This document shows positions 33,501 through 41,634 of a stretch of 42,037 nt of DNA, piece after piece. The notes under the pieces are model-generated. The model was not told the origin of the DNA. It saw only the letters and a list, made by a program, of their open reading frames with translations, and did not search any database. Source of the stretch: Ruminococcus sp. (GTDB taxonomy: Bacteria; Bacillota; Clostridia; Oscillospirales; Acutalibacteraceae); the NCBI GenBank assembly GCA_017446165.1, contig JAFSRK010000225.1, forward strand, positions 1-42,037, in the 5' to 3' direction. The position numbers and the translations under genes were made by a program. Each line of letters opens with the position of its first letter. The stretch's first letter is position 1.

Positions 33501-34161
33501 CATGATTATTATATACATCTGCTCCATAAGTAAGCGTATAATTCTTATTGGCTCCGGCAATATTTCCGGTAACATTGCCGTAAGCACTATCGTACTTAGA
33601 GCTACTAGTACACGCCCAACCACTTTGATTTGTCGTAAAGAAGAACAACGAACTCATATCTCCAGCGTTATTAACATGCCCTGTTGTAGTTTGAGTATAG
33701 AGATAGGTGTTAGCGATATGATCCAGCTTAATAATCTGATAGTAATTACTATTATTACACAGAAAAGCACAATAAACGTAGTTTTCTACGTTGTTTCCCC
33801 AAGCTTCTGCATTAAAATAAATGCGCGCACCTGTATTGAGATTGTAACCGGATCCGGCTAAATCGACATTCGCGCCGGTGTCGGCGAGGTCGGCGATCTT
33901 CTTAGAGAGGTCAGGCAGGATAGACTGATCTACCTCTGTATCCTCCGCTTCGGTGTCGACGCTGTTCGCGATGTCGACGACCTTCTGTGCGGTATCGACG
34001 ATCGCTGTCGAGCCGGTGAGGTCAGCCTTCGCCGAGAAAGCTGTCATCATCGTTCCCGCGCCGATCGCTGTCAGAAGCATGACGAAGCACAGCATGACCG
34101 CGATTCCGCGCATGCCGAAGCCTGTGGCTCTGTTTTTGTAATGGGCGAATTGAGATTTCAT
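27592..34161 (-). CDS. Giant secreted modular protein A3 (2189 aa), more distant paralog of A1/A2
   Basis: AAGGGAGG RBS; signal peptide; X25/CBM-like (YVSGDTALVGSNW..M..WTKTF..EFRI), PKD-like and B-repeat-like (FVGWY) modules; GRYPGQP..GITINN..QTYD block shared with A1/A2. Confidence 0.85.
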   Translation of the reverse strand: MKSQFAHYKNRATGFGMRGIAVMLCFVMLLTAIGAGTMMTAFSAKADLTGSTAIVDTAQKVVDIANSVDTEAEDTEVDQSILPDLSKKIADLADTGANVDLAGSGYNLNTGARIYFNAEAWGNNVENYVYCAFLCNNSNYYQIIKLDHIANTYLYTQTTTGHVNNAGDMSSLFFFTTNQSGWACTSSSKYDSAYGNVTGNIAGANKNYTLTYGADVYNNHVYYYKVNGSAQGSGLTLTADKDSGDDLAQSTTYLKAGAQKASVYVSTTDKNINSFSYAGSASVGGDVQVSGYYWNTNFTVAKSTAPSSKSNSASSNYYSQYDTPALTSWITMELNEVYDGWTFVGWYIDGEMVTDETIYYEANSATAKDVKACFFKPTYETTGTPASASSLSSGKLIFKRNSSWSNFKSFYGWNFVTTAKTFRATQKDSTDYFTYTDSTNITSSKSPSAIAFNHDYGSEFTGYPNDGDSYKNGGGDITENGTNATGIYYIDLANDTTNCNWTNFEHLGVSLSGNPATADPGEEITLTATPSGTLTTGAKYNYYFQKNGEGSWYVIGTANTTETSVDFYPPDYGSYTFKVTVTDEAGFETAVANSSTTTNVGQVGYYVSGDTALVGSNWGVAPYKGFMTEPSSGTVWTKTFGNVASGSHEFRITSLTEWITSSSTHGTYTVNGVAGSMSGNNFTFTLSDNQQVTITYDSSNHNVTVTTSDVQAIDVDVYAGAGGFVEVSYGSATTEIPENDHMIIKVAYGDKIRLEATPSNGYSFSKWYKNLEEDYKGGKTEGYDSLENEVITSRTVYVATFTTESTDSNWIYSYDRSNATPEIGGDASSYNIIYSGQDSGVGRNEGDPKGSTATYKSGNDYWADLTSIFGNPPSTPNRLYIALANGTGNNNMVGDSSTKINGSTYSDGNGPTIKNSSDETLFIVRKKQNSTVHNTIRFIEIDGIDWTKISALGVRAVYSGSGSVNYKFYYKLKGESGSTSADYIPSTNFYAKDSSIREGNYNFWIYAPTTKVTNVEGQVRVDNDHANGHHWVDGFALKGSQITVTTIIPHRGSYNYVDKSGGTGTCYADEKYYVAGFSFNGDTPEMISESSGVFVSSCEFTDPNGVSYTRAGTSYTCTYTIPADMKESMLEITPILFVKDAYASETVMVYINGYSDEVRNAGWGNTLYLYPFYQYRKDGTADGEIASYYGQGENFGRYPGQPIVNYGGQLFAQIPLTDDASKNGKDSNGGPVKGITINNGYYDDVHKNYCNHVSVHRQTYDFDDFAKIYNEKKTKNGSKYMYSIYFSFKYFPVSSSQHRLAGTTNGIDGDSKASRYNDLLADGNILDDITGTVAAATLEDAGNNSTGWQYLTDALGNNVDIFGDKITKPSADPLRIFSLGYEYNNAGRWATEWAVYHKNGSNYELLYNSSNPMSGGSDNQKTKATNSSIVPSALIYNTKADLAAATSMDGDKGINEYAGLYENIEAYRGVPALICYEHDIPDAFNPKNYRCDGRWTYTTVEDFVKSNIKIQYYDVNGELHDDSFEADSHIGSTTKCSAYFTNSDYYGATESESELIDHSKSYTFTAEEKGSYEFVGWYMYDTSGLESTITTSSTTADTPRSGNFTLAARFKYIASGNLTISNSLHANSTGRGTTYLGVTVKNGDKETVVANVNSNTKTITLDKSIINARSNYQIIVTVKTVPTGENTFKEYTAYTTDGHTGSDVRNTASDTDIYNSANKNHTTDTYTINVKGDIFSDTVDNQQNVKAIEYVSELNPVIYDYSVKFNYTSRQYGDQAFTKAGTLTPGQINDETVVTGTLNTEDKKLTKEFLAKIAPHESNFNEKITWDFDSVVNSQTCNYNSGNNTYTISLTITSNNQTTDSGSTEFTKQRHGYFTVPYVLSTVSGDNGIPLATNGKVSKAAKDKTFTVDADYDEFFKDSQGNFVTAPSVIYDGETARYFKYWEYSIVSGSRGDSRVVGKCYYHEFNYRAFNNYNITAVYSTDDDGDMTETSYADLYKAGQFTTIDFIGNTRNQWNNNDNGDHTYYAGDLVYNDFIMAFKPQGDTTFNKLSGTKECGFIIQRLKEIETNASGTNAKTLQEYAKDYSDSDLSAAQSAAKAKAGGSNSSDYTQIKVAINPTQVNDKNRCHYAYAMWNTNQRDQEGTQVYPATNANSNTKYLYRAYSYMKIGDGDYIMSEKPAYFYMYDIAQQ

Positions 34162-34233
34162 AGTGTTTCCTCCCTTATTATGCTCGCGGTAGGCGGATAG
34201 GCGGGACGCCGGTCAAAGCGGGTCATCTCGGAT

Positions 34234-34327
34234 AAGTGGAATCATACCGAATGTCCGGAGGCTCTGACCCGCCTGTGGACAACGCTTTGTGCCGAACGCC
34301 GCGTCTGTACGCTTACCGTTCACAGTT
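34234..34327 (-). ncRNA. Putative structured leader RNA motif (unidentified), copy 2
   Basis: Minus strand TGTCC-ac-AGGC-gggtcaga-GCCT-cc-GGACA (34252-34281); homolog of 6034-6118. Confidence 0.55.
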
Positions 34328-34510
34328 GCTTGCCGAAGCCCGGAACTTCAATTAGGCGTCGGCGAAAAATTACCGTTTCCATTGTCTGTCGGACAAAAAG
34401 ACAGTTTTTTAAACGACAGTTTATGCAATAATATCGCATAATTAACCATCACTGTATATTTTATCCATTTTTGACAAAATCTGTTAAAATAGAACAATGA
34501 TTCTTTGTAA

Positions 34511-34542
34511 GAATTGTGCATTATGCACAAAAGGGCTATTTT
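34511..34542 (-). promoter_or_regulatory. 32-bp palindromic box, copy upstream of cassette 3, in the divergent intergenic region
   Basis: Exact reverse complement of 5831-5862. Confidence 0.7.
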
Positions 34543-34732
34543 GTGTAACAATTTTGTAATAATTCGAATTTAGAAAATACTCTTTTTGCAATTATTCTGA
34601 ATCAGAATTATAGATGCTAATGACAATGCGCTAATAATCATTCGCAACATCAATTTTTCTTGCATATTGTTTGCATATCGGTATAGTGATTTTGTCGCTT
34701 GGCGGATTCGTTATCGGCGTTGATATTACTAC

Positions 34733-34761
34733 TTGCAAAATAGCGGGCGATGGGATATAAT
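34733..34761 (+). promoter_or_regulatory. sigma-A promoter of the PqqD/RRE operon
   Basis: TTGCAA (34733-34738), 17-bp spacer, TATAAT (34756-34761). Confidence 0.65.
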
Positions 34762-34776
34762 TTTCTTGGTGATAAT

Positions 34777-35040
34777 ATGAAAGTAAAAAAGGACTTTATA
34801 TTGAAGAAGATCGCCGGCAGTTATGTCGTTGTTCCCGTGCGTTCACAGGCGGTGGATTTCTCTGGGATCATCAAGTTGTCCGAGACCGGCGCTTTTCTCT
34901 GGAAGCTGCTCGAAAAGGGCGCGGATAGGGAAGAGCTGACGGCGGCTTTGCTGGATGAATATCTGGTGGATGAGGCGACCGCGTCAGCGGACGTTGATCG
35001 TTTTATCGCGCGGATGAACGAGGTCGGTCTCCTTGAGTGA
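34777..35040 (+). CDS. PqqD family / RiPP recognition element (RRE) protein, 87 aa
   Basis: MKVKKDFILKKIAGSYVVVP...IIKLSETGAFLWKLL....L...LLDEYLVDEATASADVDRFI..MNEVGLLE matches the stand-alone PqqD pattern. Confidence 0.9.
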   Translation: MKVKKDFILKKIAGSYVVVPVRSQAVDFSGIIKLSETGAFLWKLLEKGADREELTAALLDEYLVDEATASADVDRFIARMNEVGLLE

Positions 35041-35485
35041 GCGTATCACTAACAGCGAGTTTCTTGCTGTGATGGATGAAGCGTTCAAGCGCGGTCAGGA
35101 GCTGAAGTTCACCCCGTCGGGCAGCAGCATGCTGCCGATGCTCGACGGTGCGGATGATACCGTGACGCTGGGGAAGAAGCCCGATCGGCTGAAAAAATAC
35201 GATGTGGCTTTCTATCGCCGACCGAGCGGTCAGCTTGTACTGCACCGTGTAGTCAAGGTGTGTCGGGACGGAACGTATACCTTTTGCGGCGACAATCAGC
35301 TTGTTTATGAGCAGGGCGTGAAGCATGAGTCTATCCTCGCGCTGATGACCGCGTTCAGTCATGATGGCAAGCCGCGGGGGATATCGGATTTTTCCTACCG
35401 CTTCTATATTCATCGGATGATGACAAAGAAACGCCTGCGCAAGTTTCTCGGCAGAGTTTATCGTAAGGCTTTTAAACGCAGATAA
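35033..35485 (+). CDS. S24/S26 family peptidase, Ser-His type, without transmembrane anchor
   Basis: GSSMLPML (catalytic Ser), LVLHRVV (His), GDN box; TTG start overlapping the PqqD stop. Confidence 0.85.
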   Translation: MSERITNSEFLAVMDEAFKRGQELKFTPSGSSMLPMLDGADDTVTLGKKPDRLKKYDVAFYRRPSGQLVLHRVVKVCRDGTYTFCGDNQLVYEQGVKHESILALMTAFSHDGKPRGISDFSYRFYIHRMMTKKRLRKFLGRVYRKAFKRR

Positions 35486-35500
35486 AGAGGATGGAGTCAT

Positions 35501-36175
35501 ATGGGAATATACAGAATTTCGGATTTGAATATTGAGATCGAGGCAAAATACCCGACTGCAAGCGAGAATATCAAGCGCTATGCGGTGGATTATCAGGAGG
35601 AGCCGAACGTCACGCTGGCACTCTCCGACGACAGGATGATCGAGCTGATGGAGGAGAACGAGGGCATCACCGCCGATATTCTCGAGGCAATGTACCTCGC
35701 GACGCTTTACTGCTGGTCGCTGTTTGACTTCAACGGTTTTCCGATGAAGGCGAGCGCGGTCGAGCATGACGGTGCATGTGTGCTGTTTGCCGCGCCGTTT
35801 GACGAGCAGTTCGATCCGACCTCGGTGTTGCCTGCCGACAAGACCTTTGTCTATAATTTCCCGGGCATCCGCATGCAGGATGATCTGTACTATGTGTTCG
35901 ACACGCCGTTCGGAATGCGCGGCGGATTGTCGAAAACGGGGAAGAAGCTCCCGTTGAAATCCATCGTCTTCATGGACGAGCGGTTCGATTCCTTGCGCGA
36001 GCTGGAGGCAAAGGATTTTGTTCCGATGTTCATGCGCGCTGTGGCGCAGAACGTTCGCCATGAGCGTACGAAACATACATTGTTCGTTCTCGAACGAGTC
36101 ATGCATGTGACCAAGTTCTACGGCGTGCGCGATCTGAACGATATCGACTTCATTCTGGAGAGAGTTGCCGAATGA
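35501..36175 (+). CDS. HPr kinase-like (ScmC/lasso-kinase-like) protein with degenerate catalytic motifs
   Basis: FNGFPMKASAVEHDGACVLFAAP...PGIR...YVFDTPF...LPLKSIVFM aligns by eye to LHASAV..G.AYLF.A.SGTGKST...DD.P.IR...YGTPW...PL..I..L. Confidence 0.65.
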   Translation: MGIYRISDLNIEIEAKYPTASENIKRYAVDYQEEPNVTLALSDDRMIELMEENEGITADILEAMYLATLYCWSLFDFNGFPMKASAVEHDGACVLFAAPFDEQFDPTSVLPADKTFVYNFPGIRMQDDLYYVFDTPFGMRGGLSKTGKKLPLKSIVFMDERFDSLRELEAKDFVPMFMRAVAQNVRHERTKHTLFVLERVMHVTKFYGVRDLNDIDFILERVAE

Positions 36176-37851
36176 TAAAGGGTAAAAAAAGTGCCTTGCG
36201 CTGGATCATATACAGCTCAAGGCCTCAACTTTTCAATATCATATTTTTGGCGATAGTATATGGGCTGAGCGCTTTCATCGGTGTGTATAACACCGTCTTC
36301 GCCAAGAATCTGGTCAACGCCGCGACGATCGACAAGGATATGGACAAGGTCATTTTGTACGGCTGTCTGTATTTTGGGATCACCGTGGTGCAGATCGTCA
36401 CGCTGGTTTTGGCGCGCAACTTTGTGTTCAAGGTTTCGGCAAAGCTCGAGATGTCAATGAAAAGCAAGCTGTTCACGGATATGATGAACAAGGACTACGC
36501 GGCGATCTCGGGTTACCATTCCGGCGAGCTGATGAACCGCCTGACGAGCGATATCGGCGTGGTGTCATCGGCGATCACGACGATCATCCCGAACGTAGTG
36601 TTCTTCATCGTCAAGATTATCGGTATCTTTTACATACTGATCAACATCGACGTCTGGTTCGCGCTGGTGTTCGTCATCGGCGGCGCGGTGGTGTTTTTGG
36701 CATCGTCGCTGTTCAAGCCGATCACCAAGCGCATGCATAAAAGGGTGCAGGAGACCGACGGCAAGGTGCGCTCCTTCATGCAGGAGGGCTTGTCATCACT
36801 GCTGATGGTCAAGACCTTTGAGGCGCAGGACAAGATGTCCGCGACCGCCAATGATCTGCAGGAGGAGAATTATGCCGCTAAGCGCAGGCGCAACATCCTC
36901 TCCATCTGCACCGGTACGTCGGTGTCGGCGGTGTTCTCAATGGCGTTTGTCTGGGGACTCGGCTGGGGCGCGTACATGCTGTTCTACGGCTATATCACCT
37001 ACGGCGTTCTTACCCAGATCGTCACGCTGGTCGGACAGATCCGCACGCCGATCCAAGGGATGTCCAATATTTTCCCAACCTACTTCAATGCGCTGGCGTC
37101 TGCCGAGCGCCTGATGGAAATCGAGAACCTGCCCGACGAAGCAATCCTCAACAGCGACGTTGACGTCAAGGCGCTTTATGACAATATGAGTGAGATCAGC
37201 TTTGATCATATCACCTTCGCGTTTGATCGCGACAAGGTGCTGGAGGATACCTCGCTGACCGTCAAAAAGGGCGAGTTCGTCGCGATAGAGGGCATCAGCG
37301 GTATCGGAAAAAGCACGCTGATGAAGCTGCTGCTCAGCGTCTATCACCCGCAGGAGGGTGAGATCACCGTCAAAACCGACGGCAGGGACTATGCCGTTGA
37401 CCGCAGTATCCGCAAGCTGTTCTCCTATGTCCCGCAGGGCAATTTCCTGCTTTCGGGAACACTGAGGGAGAACGTGGCGTTCGTCGCGCCCGATGCTTCT
37501 GACGAAGATATCATGCGTGCGGCTGAGGTCGCCTGTGCTGATGAATTCATCCGGGAGCTTCCCGAGGGACTCGACACCGTGATCGCCGAGCGCGGCGGCG
37601 GATTGAGCGAGGGACAGGTACAGCGTATCGCGATCGCTAGGGCGATCCTCACCGGATCGCCGATCCTGCTGCTCGACGAAGCGACCTCTGCGCTGGATGA
37701 AGCTACCGAGGAACAGCTGCTAAAGAACCTACGGGCATTGAATAACGTCACCTGTATCATCATCTCCCATAAAAAGGCAGCAGAACAGATTTGCGACAAG
37801 ATCGTTTCCATCGAGAACAGAAAGGTAGTTACGAAACGTGAGAACCTTTAA
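36172..37851 (+). CDS. ABC exporter, fused permease and ATP-binding domain, no C39 peptidase domain
   Basis: About 6 TM segments, HSGELMNRLTSD, Walker A GISGIGKST, LSEGQ signature, LLLDEATSALD, ISH. Confidence 0.93.
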   Translation: MIKGKKSALRWIIYSSRPQLFNIIFLAIVYGLSAFIGVYNTVFAKNLVNAATIDKDMDKVILYGCLYFGITVVQIVTLVLARNFVFKVSAKLEMSMKSKLFTDMMNKDYAAISGYHSGELMNRLTSDIGVVSSAITTIIPNVVFFIVKIIGIFYILINIDVWFALVFVIGGAVVFLASSLFKPITKRMHKRVQETDGKVRSFMQEGLSSLLMVKTFEAQDKMSATANDLQEENYAAKRRRNILSICTGTSVSAVFSMAFVWGLGWGAYMLFYGYITYGVLTQIVTLVGQIRTPIQGMSNIFPTYFNALASAERLMEIENLPDEAILNSDVDVKALYDNMSEISFDHITFAFDRDKVLEDTSLTVKKGEFVAIEGISGIGKSTLMKLLLSVYHPQEGEITVKTDGRDYAVDRSIRKLFSYVPQGNFLLSGTLRENVAFVAPDASDEDIMRAAEVACADEFIRELPEGLDTVIAERGGGLSEGQVQRIAIARAILTGSPILLLDEATSALDEATEEQLLKNLRALNNVTCIIISHKKAAEQICDKIVSIENRKVVTKRENL

Positions 37852-37906
37852 GGATTCTTTTCGTCAAAGGCGACAAAAAATCTCTCGGATTTTCTGCTAT
37901 TTTTAC

Positions 37907-37935
37907 TTGACAATTTTTTCATGGTTAGATATAAT
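37907..37935 (+). promoter_or_regulatory. sigma-A promoter of yceD-rpmF
   Basis: TTGACA (37907-37912), 17-bp spacer, TATAAT (37930-37935). Confidence 0.85.
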
Positions 37936-37979
37936 ACAAAGTAGCGTTTTTATATCAGTATAAGTCTGCGGAGGTTGCC

Positions 37980-38474
37980 ATGCTGTTAGATCTCAGAGAA
38001 TTATTTGTGTCTGACGGTGCGGTGAAGGACGCGGCTTACCCGCTCGATATGACCGGGGTTGATATAGGCGGCGAACATCCATTCACTTCGCCGGTCGATA
38101 TCAAGGCTCATGTCGAGAACAAGGCGGGCATCGTCAGCGTTGTCATCAATGCCGATTTTGTCTACTGCACGGTCTGTGACCGATGCATGACGCCGATCGA
38201 GCGAGCGTTCGGTTATACCTTCCGCCATAAGCTCATCGAAAGCCTGGAGGAAGAATATAACGACGACTATATCGAAACACCGGATCTGACACTGGATCTG
38301 GACGAACTCGCGTCGTCCGATATCCTGCTGGAGTTGCCGTCCAAGTTTCTTTGCAAGGGAGACTGTCAAGGTCTCTGTCAAAAATGTGGACATAATCTTA
38401 ACTTGGGTGACTGTGACTGTGATAAAGCGGAGATCGACCCGCGGCTCGAAAAACTCAAAGAATTATTAAACTAA
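37980..38474 (+). CDS. yceD: DUF177/YceD family 23S rRNA accumulation protein
   Basis: CDRC, LCKGDCQGLCQKCGHNLN, IDPRLEKL; upstream of rpmF. Confidence 0.92.
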   Translation: MLLDLRELFVSDGAVKDAAYPLDMTGVDIGGEHPFTSPVDIKAHVENKAGIVSVVINADFVYCTVCDRCMTPIERAFGYTFRHKLIESLEEEYNDDYIETPDLTLDLDELASSDILLELPSKFLCKGDCQGLCQKCGHNLNLGDCDCDKAEIDPRLEKLKELLN

Positions 38475-38501
38475 TGTTTTATACTGATAAGGAGGATTAT
38501 C

Positions 38502-38687
38502 ATGGCTGTACCGGCAAGAAAGCATTCTCATGCCAGAAAGATGAAGAGAAGATCTAACGTTTGGAAGCTCCAGGCTCCGGCCCTCGCTATCTGCCCTGAG
38601 TGCGGTGAGTACAAGGCTCCCCATAAGGTATGCCCGAACTGCGGTATGTACAAAGGCAGACAGGTCATCGCCAAGGAAGAAGACTGA
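38502..38687 (+). CDS. rpmF: 50S ribosomal protein L32
   Basis: MAVPARKHSHAR...CPECG..KAPHKVCPNCGMYKGR. Confidence 0.98.
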   Translation: MAVPARKHSHARKMKRRSNVWKLQAPALAICPECGEYKAPHKVCPNCGMYKGRQVIAKEED

Positions 38688-38784
38688 TAATCGCTCAGGC
38701 GGTTAAAAAACAAGAGGATTCAGGCGGGCAGGAAACTACCCGCCCTTTTGTTTTAGTGGCTCCCTTTGGTACAGGGAGCTGTCA

Positions 38785-38940
38785 TACTAATTTCAAATAA
38801 AACCCTTTAACATCTATTGCGTTAAATTCCGCATAGCTGTGTTGTCGATCTTGACAGGCGCCAGCCTGCCTGCGATCTCCGCCTTGCTCTGCGAAATTTT
38901 CCGCAAATATCTTGTTTAAGCGTTTTAATTGATATTAGTA
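38785..38940. mobile_element. MITE-like element with terminal inverted repeats
   Basis: TACTAATTTCAAATAAAA ... TTTTAATTGATATTAGTA (16/18 inverted match), with TGTCA on both sides. Confidence 0.6.
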
Positions 38941-39003
38941 TGTCAGTTGTAGGGGAGGGGCTTGGTCCTCCCGTATATTATCGACGAAAGCGAGGTTGAC
39001 CCT

Positions 39004-40314
39004 GTGTCCGTACAAATCAAGACTGTCGTGCGGCACAGCTATGCCGACCGCGCGGGTATCAAAAGCGGCGAGACGCTGATCGCCATCAACGGCAACGATA
39101 TCGTCGACGTTCTCGACTATCGCTTTTATCAGCTTAATTCTTCATTAGAATTAAAACTTCGTGATACCAAGGGCGAGGTGCGCACGGTGCATCTCAGAAA
39201 GCCCGAGTATGAGGAGCTGGGACTCGACTTCGACACCTATCTGATGGACAAGGAAAAGTCCTGCCGCAACAAGTGCGTATTCTGCTTTATTGATCAGCTC
39301 CCTAAAGGTCTGCGTGAGACTCTGTATTTCAAGGATGACGACAGCCGACTGTCGTTTTTGTTCGGTAATTACGTCACCCTGACCAATCTCACGGAGCATG
39401 AGATCAGCCGCATCATCAAGATGCACATCAGCCCGATCAACGTCAGCGTACATACCACCAACCCCGAGCTGCGCGTGAAGATGATGGGCAACCGCTTTGC
39501 CGGCGATTCGCTGAAGATTTTGAAGCGCTTTGCCGACAGTTCCATTGATATCAACACCCAGATCGTCTGCTGTCCCGGGATCAACGACGGCGAGGAACTG
39601 AAACGCTCCCTGCGTGATCTGTATGACTACAACGTCAACCTGATCGCGGTCGTTCCTGTGGGACTGACCAAGTACCGCGAGGGACTCTATCCGCTCACGC
39701 CTTTTACCAAGGAAAAGGCGGCTGAGACCGTCGATATTCTCGAAGAATTCGGCGAGATGTGCCTGAGGACCCGCGGCAAGCGCATCGCTTATGCCGCCGA
39801 TGAGCTGTATATCAAAGCGGGGCGCGCGATCCCCGACGCGTCGTTCTACGGCGACTTCGAAGCCATCGAGAACGGCATCGGTCTGATCGCGATGCTCAAG
39901 GAGGATCTGCTCGCCGAGCTTGACTACCGCGAAGCCGATCCTGCGATCAAACGAAATGTATCCCTTGCCTGCGGCACCTCCGCCGCGCCCTATCTGCGTG
40001 AGCTGATGGATAGGGTAGAGGAGAAATTCCCCGGCGTGAAGATCACCGTATATCCGATCGTCAACAACTTCTTCGGGGAAATGATCAACGTCAGCGGACT
40101 GATCGTCGGCGGCGATTTGATCGATCAGCTCAATAATAAGCCGCTCGGAGATGAACTGCTCATTTCCTCGGCAATGCTCAGATTTGAAAACGACCTCTTT
40201 CTCGATGACGTCAGCATAGACGACGCGATGAAAGAGCTGAATATTACGATTACCCCCATCAACAACGACGGCGTGATGCTGCTCGATGCGATTTTAGGAG
40301 AGGAGGGGGACTAG
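39004..40314 (+). CDS. DUF512 / PDZ-containing putative radical SAM (Fe-S) protein
   Basis: N-terminal PDZ-like segment, CRNKCVFCFIDQLP (CxxxCxxC), KDDDSRLSFL.GNYVTLTN, VPVGLT; GTG start after GAGG; precedes der. Confidence 0.88.
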   Translation: MSVQIKTVVRHSYADRAGIKSGETLIAINGNDIVDVLDYRFYQLNSSLELKLRDTKGEVRTVHLRKPEYEELGLDFDTYLMDKEKSCRNKCVFCFIDQLPKGLRETLYFKDDDSRLSFLFGNYVTLTNLTEHEISRIIKMHISPINVSVHTTNPELRVKMMGNRFAGDSLKILKRFADSSIDINTQIVCCPGINDGEELKRSLRDLYDYNVNLIAVVPVGLTKYREGLYPLTPFTKEKAAETVDILEEFGEMCLRTRGKRIAYAADELYIKAGRAIPDASFYGDFEAIENGIGLIAMLKEDLLAELDYREADPAIKRNVSLACGTSAAPYLRELMDRVEEKFPGVKITVYPIVNNFFGEMINVSGLIVGGDLIDQLNNKPLGDELLISSAMLRFENDLFLDDVSIDDAMKELNITITPINNDGVMLLDAILGEEGD

Positions 40315-41634
40315 ATGGCAAAACCTGTGATTGCGATTGTCGGCAGACCGAATGTCGGCAAAAGCACCTTGTTCAATAAACTGGTCGGCGAGCGTATTTC
40401 TATCGTAGACGATACGCCCGGCGTTACCCGCGACCGTATCTACGGCGACGTCGAGTGGAGCGGACGCAGCGCGCTTCTGATCGATACCGGCGGTATCGAG
40501 CCGTTCTCCGACGACATCATCCTGTCCCAGATGCGTGAACAGGCTCAGTTGGCGATCGACACCGCCGACGCGATCATCATGGTCACCGACGTTCGTTCGG
40601 GACTGGTAGCGACCGACGAAGAGGTCGCACACATGCTGTTAAAAAGCAAAAAGCCCATGGTTCTCTGCGTCAACAAATGCGATTCCATCGGCGACCCGCC
40701 GCCCGAATTCTATGAATTCTACAAGCTCCCGCTGGAGCCGATCGCCGTATCCTCTGTGCATGGTCACGGAACGGGCGATCTGCTCGACGCGATTTTTGAA
40801 TCTCTGCCCGACGATCATGAGGAGCAGGTCGACCCCGAGGTCATCTCTGTCGCGGTCATCGGCAGACCGAACGTCGGCAAATCCTCGCTGATCAACAAGA
40901 TCACCGGCGAGAATCGCTGTATCGTTTCGAATATCGCGGGTACCACGCGCGACACCATCGACACGAGGATCGAGAATAAGCACGGCGTGTTCAACCTGAT
41001 CGACACCGCCGGTATGCGCCGCAAGTCTAAGGTGCTTGACCAGATCGAGCGCTATTCCATTCTGCGTGCGAAGATGGCGATCGAACGCTGTGACGTTTGC
41101 GTGATCATGCTCGACGCCGAGACCGGTATCACCGAGCAGGACACCAAGGTCGCGGGACTCGCTCTCGAAGCGGGCAAGGCGTGTATCATCGCCGTGAACA
41201 AATGGGACGCGATCGAGAAGGACGACAAGACCATGCAGAATTTCCGCAAGGATATCGAGCGCGACTTCGCCTTCATGAGCTATGCGCCGTCCGTGTTCAT
41301 TTCTGCGAAAACCGGTCAGCGTCTCGACAATCTCTTTGAAAACATCGTCCATGTGGCGAATACCACCACTACGCGTATTACCACAGGACTGCTCAACGAT
41401 CTGCTCGCGACCGCTACGGCGCGCGTTCAGCCGCCGACTGATAAGGGCCGCCGACTGAAAATCTATTACATGACTCAGGCTTCCGTCAAGCCTCCGACCT
41501 TCATCTTTTTCTGCAACAACGCCGAGCTGTTCCACTTCTCTTACCAGAGATACCTTGAGAACAGGCTCCGCGAGGCGTTCGATTTCAGCGGCACGCCGAT
41601 CAGATTTGTGATAAGGGAGAGATCTGACAAATGA
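40315..41634 (+). CDS. der: Ribosome biogenesis GTPase Der (EngA)
   Basis: Two GRPNVGKS P-loops, DTGG/DTAG, NKCD/NKWD, C-terminal KH-like domain. Confidence 0.98.
   Translation: MAKPVIAIVGRPNVGKSTLFNKLVGERISIVDDTPGVTRDRIYGDVEWSGRSALLIDTGGIEPFSDDIILSQMREQAQLAIDTADAIIMVTDVRSGLVATDEEVAHMLLKSKKPMVLCVNKCDSIGDPPPEFYEFYKLPLEPIAVSSVHGHGTGDLLDAIFESLPDDHEEQVDPEVISVAVIGRPNVGKSSLINKITGENRCIVSNIAGTTRDTIDTRIENKHGVFNLIDTAGMRRKSKVLDQIERYSILRAKMAIERCDVCVIMLDAETGITEQDTKVAGLALEAGKACIIAVNKWDAIEKDDKTMQNFRKDIERDFAFMSYAPSVFISAKTGQRLDNLFENIVHVANTTTTRITTGLLNDLLATATARVQPPTDKGRRLKIYYMTQASVKPPTFIFFCNNAELFHFSYQRYLENRLREAFDFSGTPIRFVIRERSDK

Noticed and set aside
39004-40314. Radical SAM protein as the peptide maturase
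   Set aside because: It has DUF512/PDZ architecture, is coupled to der-plsY in a housekeeping context, and shows no RRE or SPASM motif.
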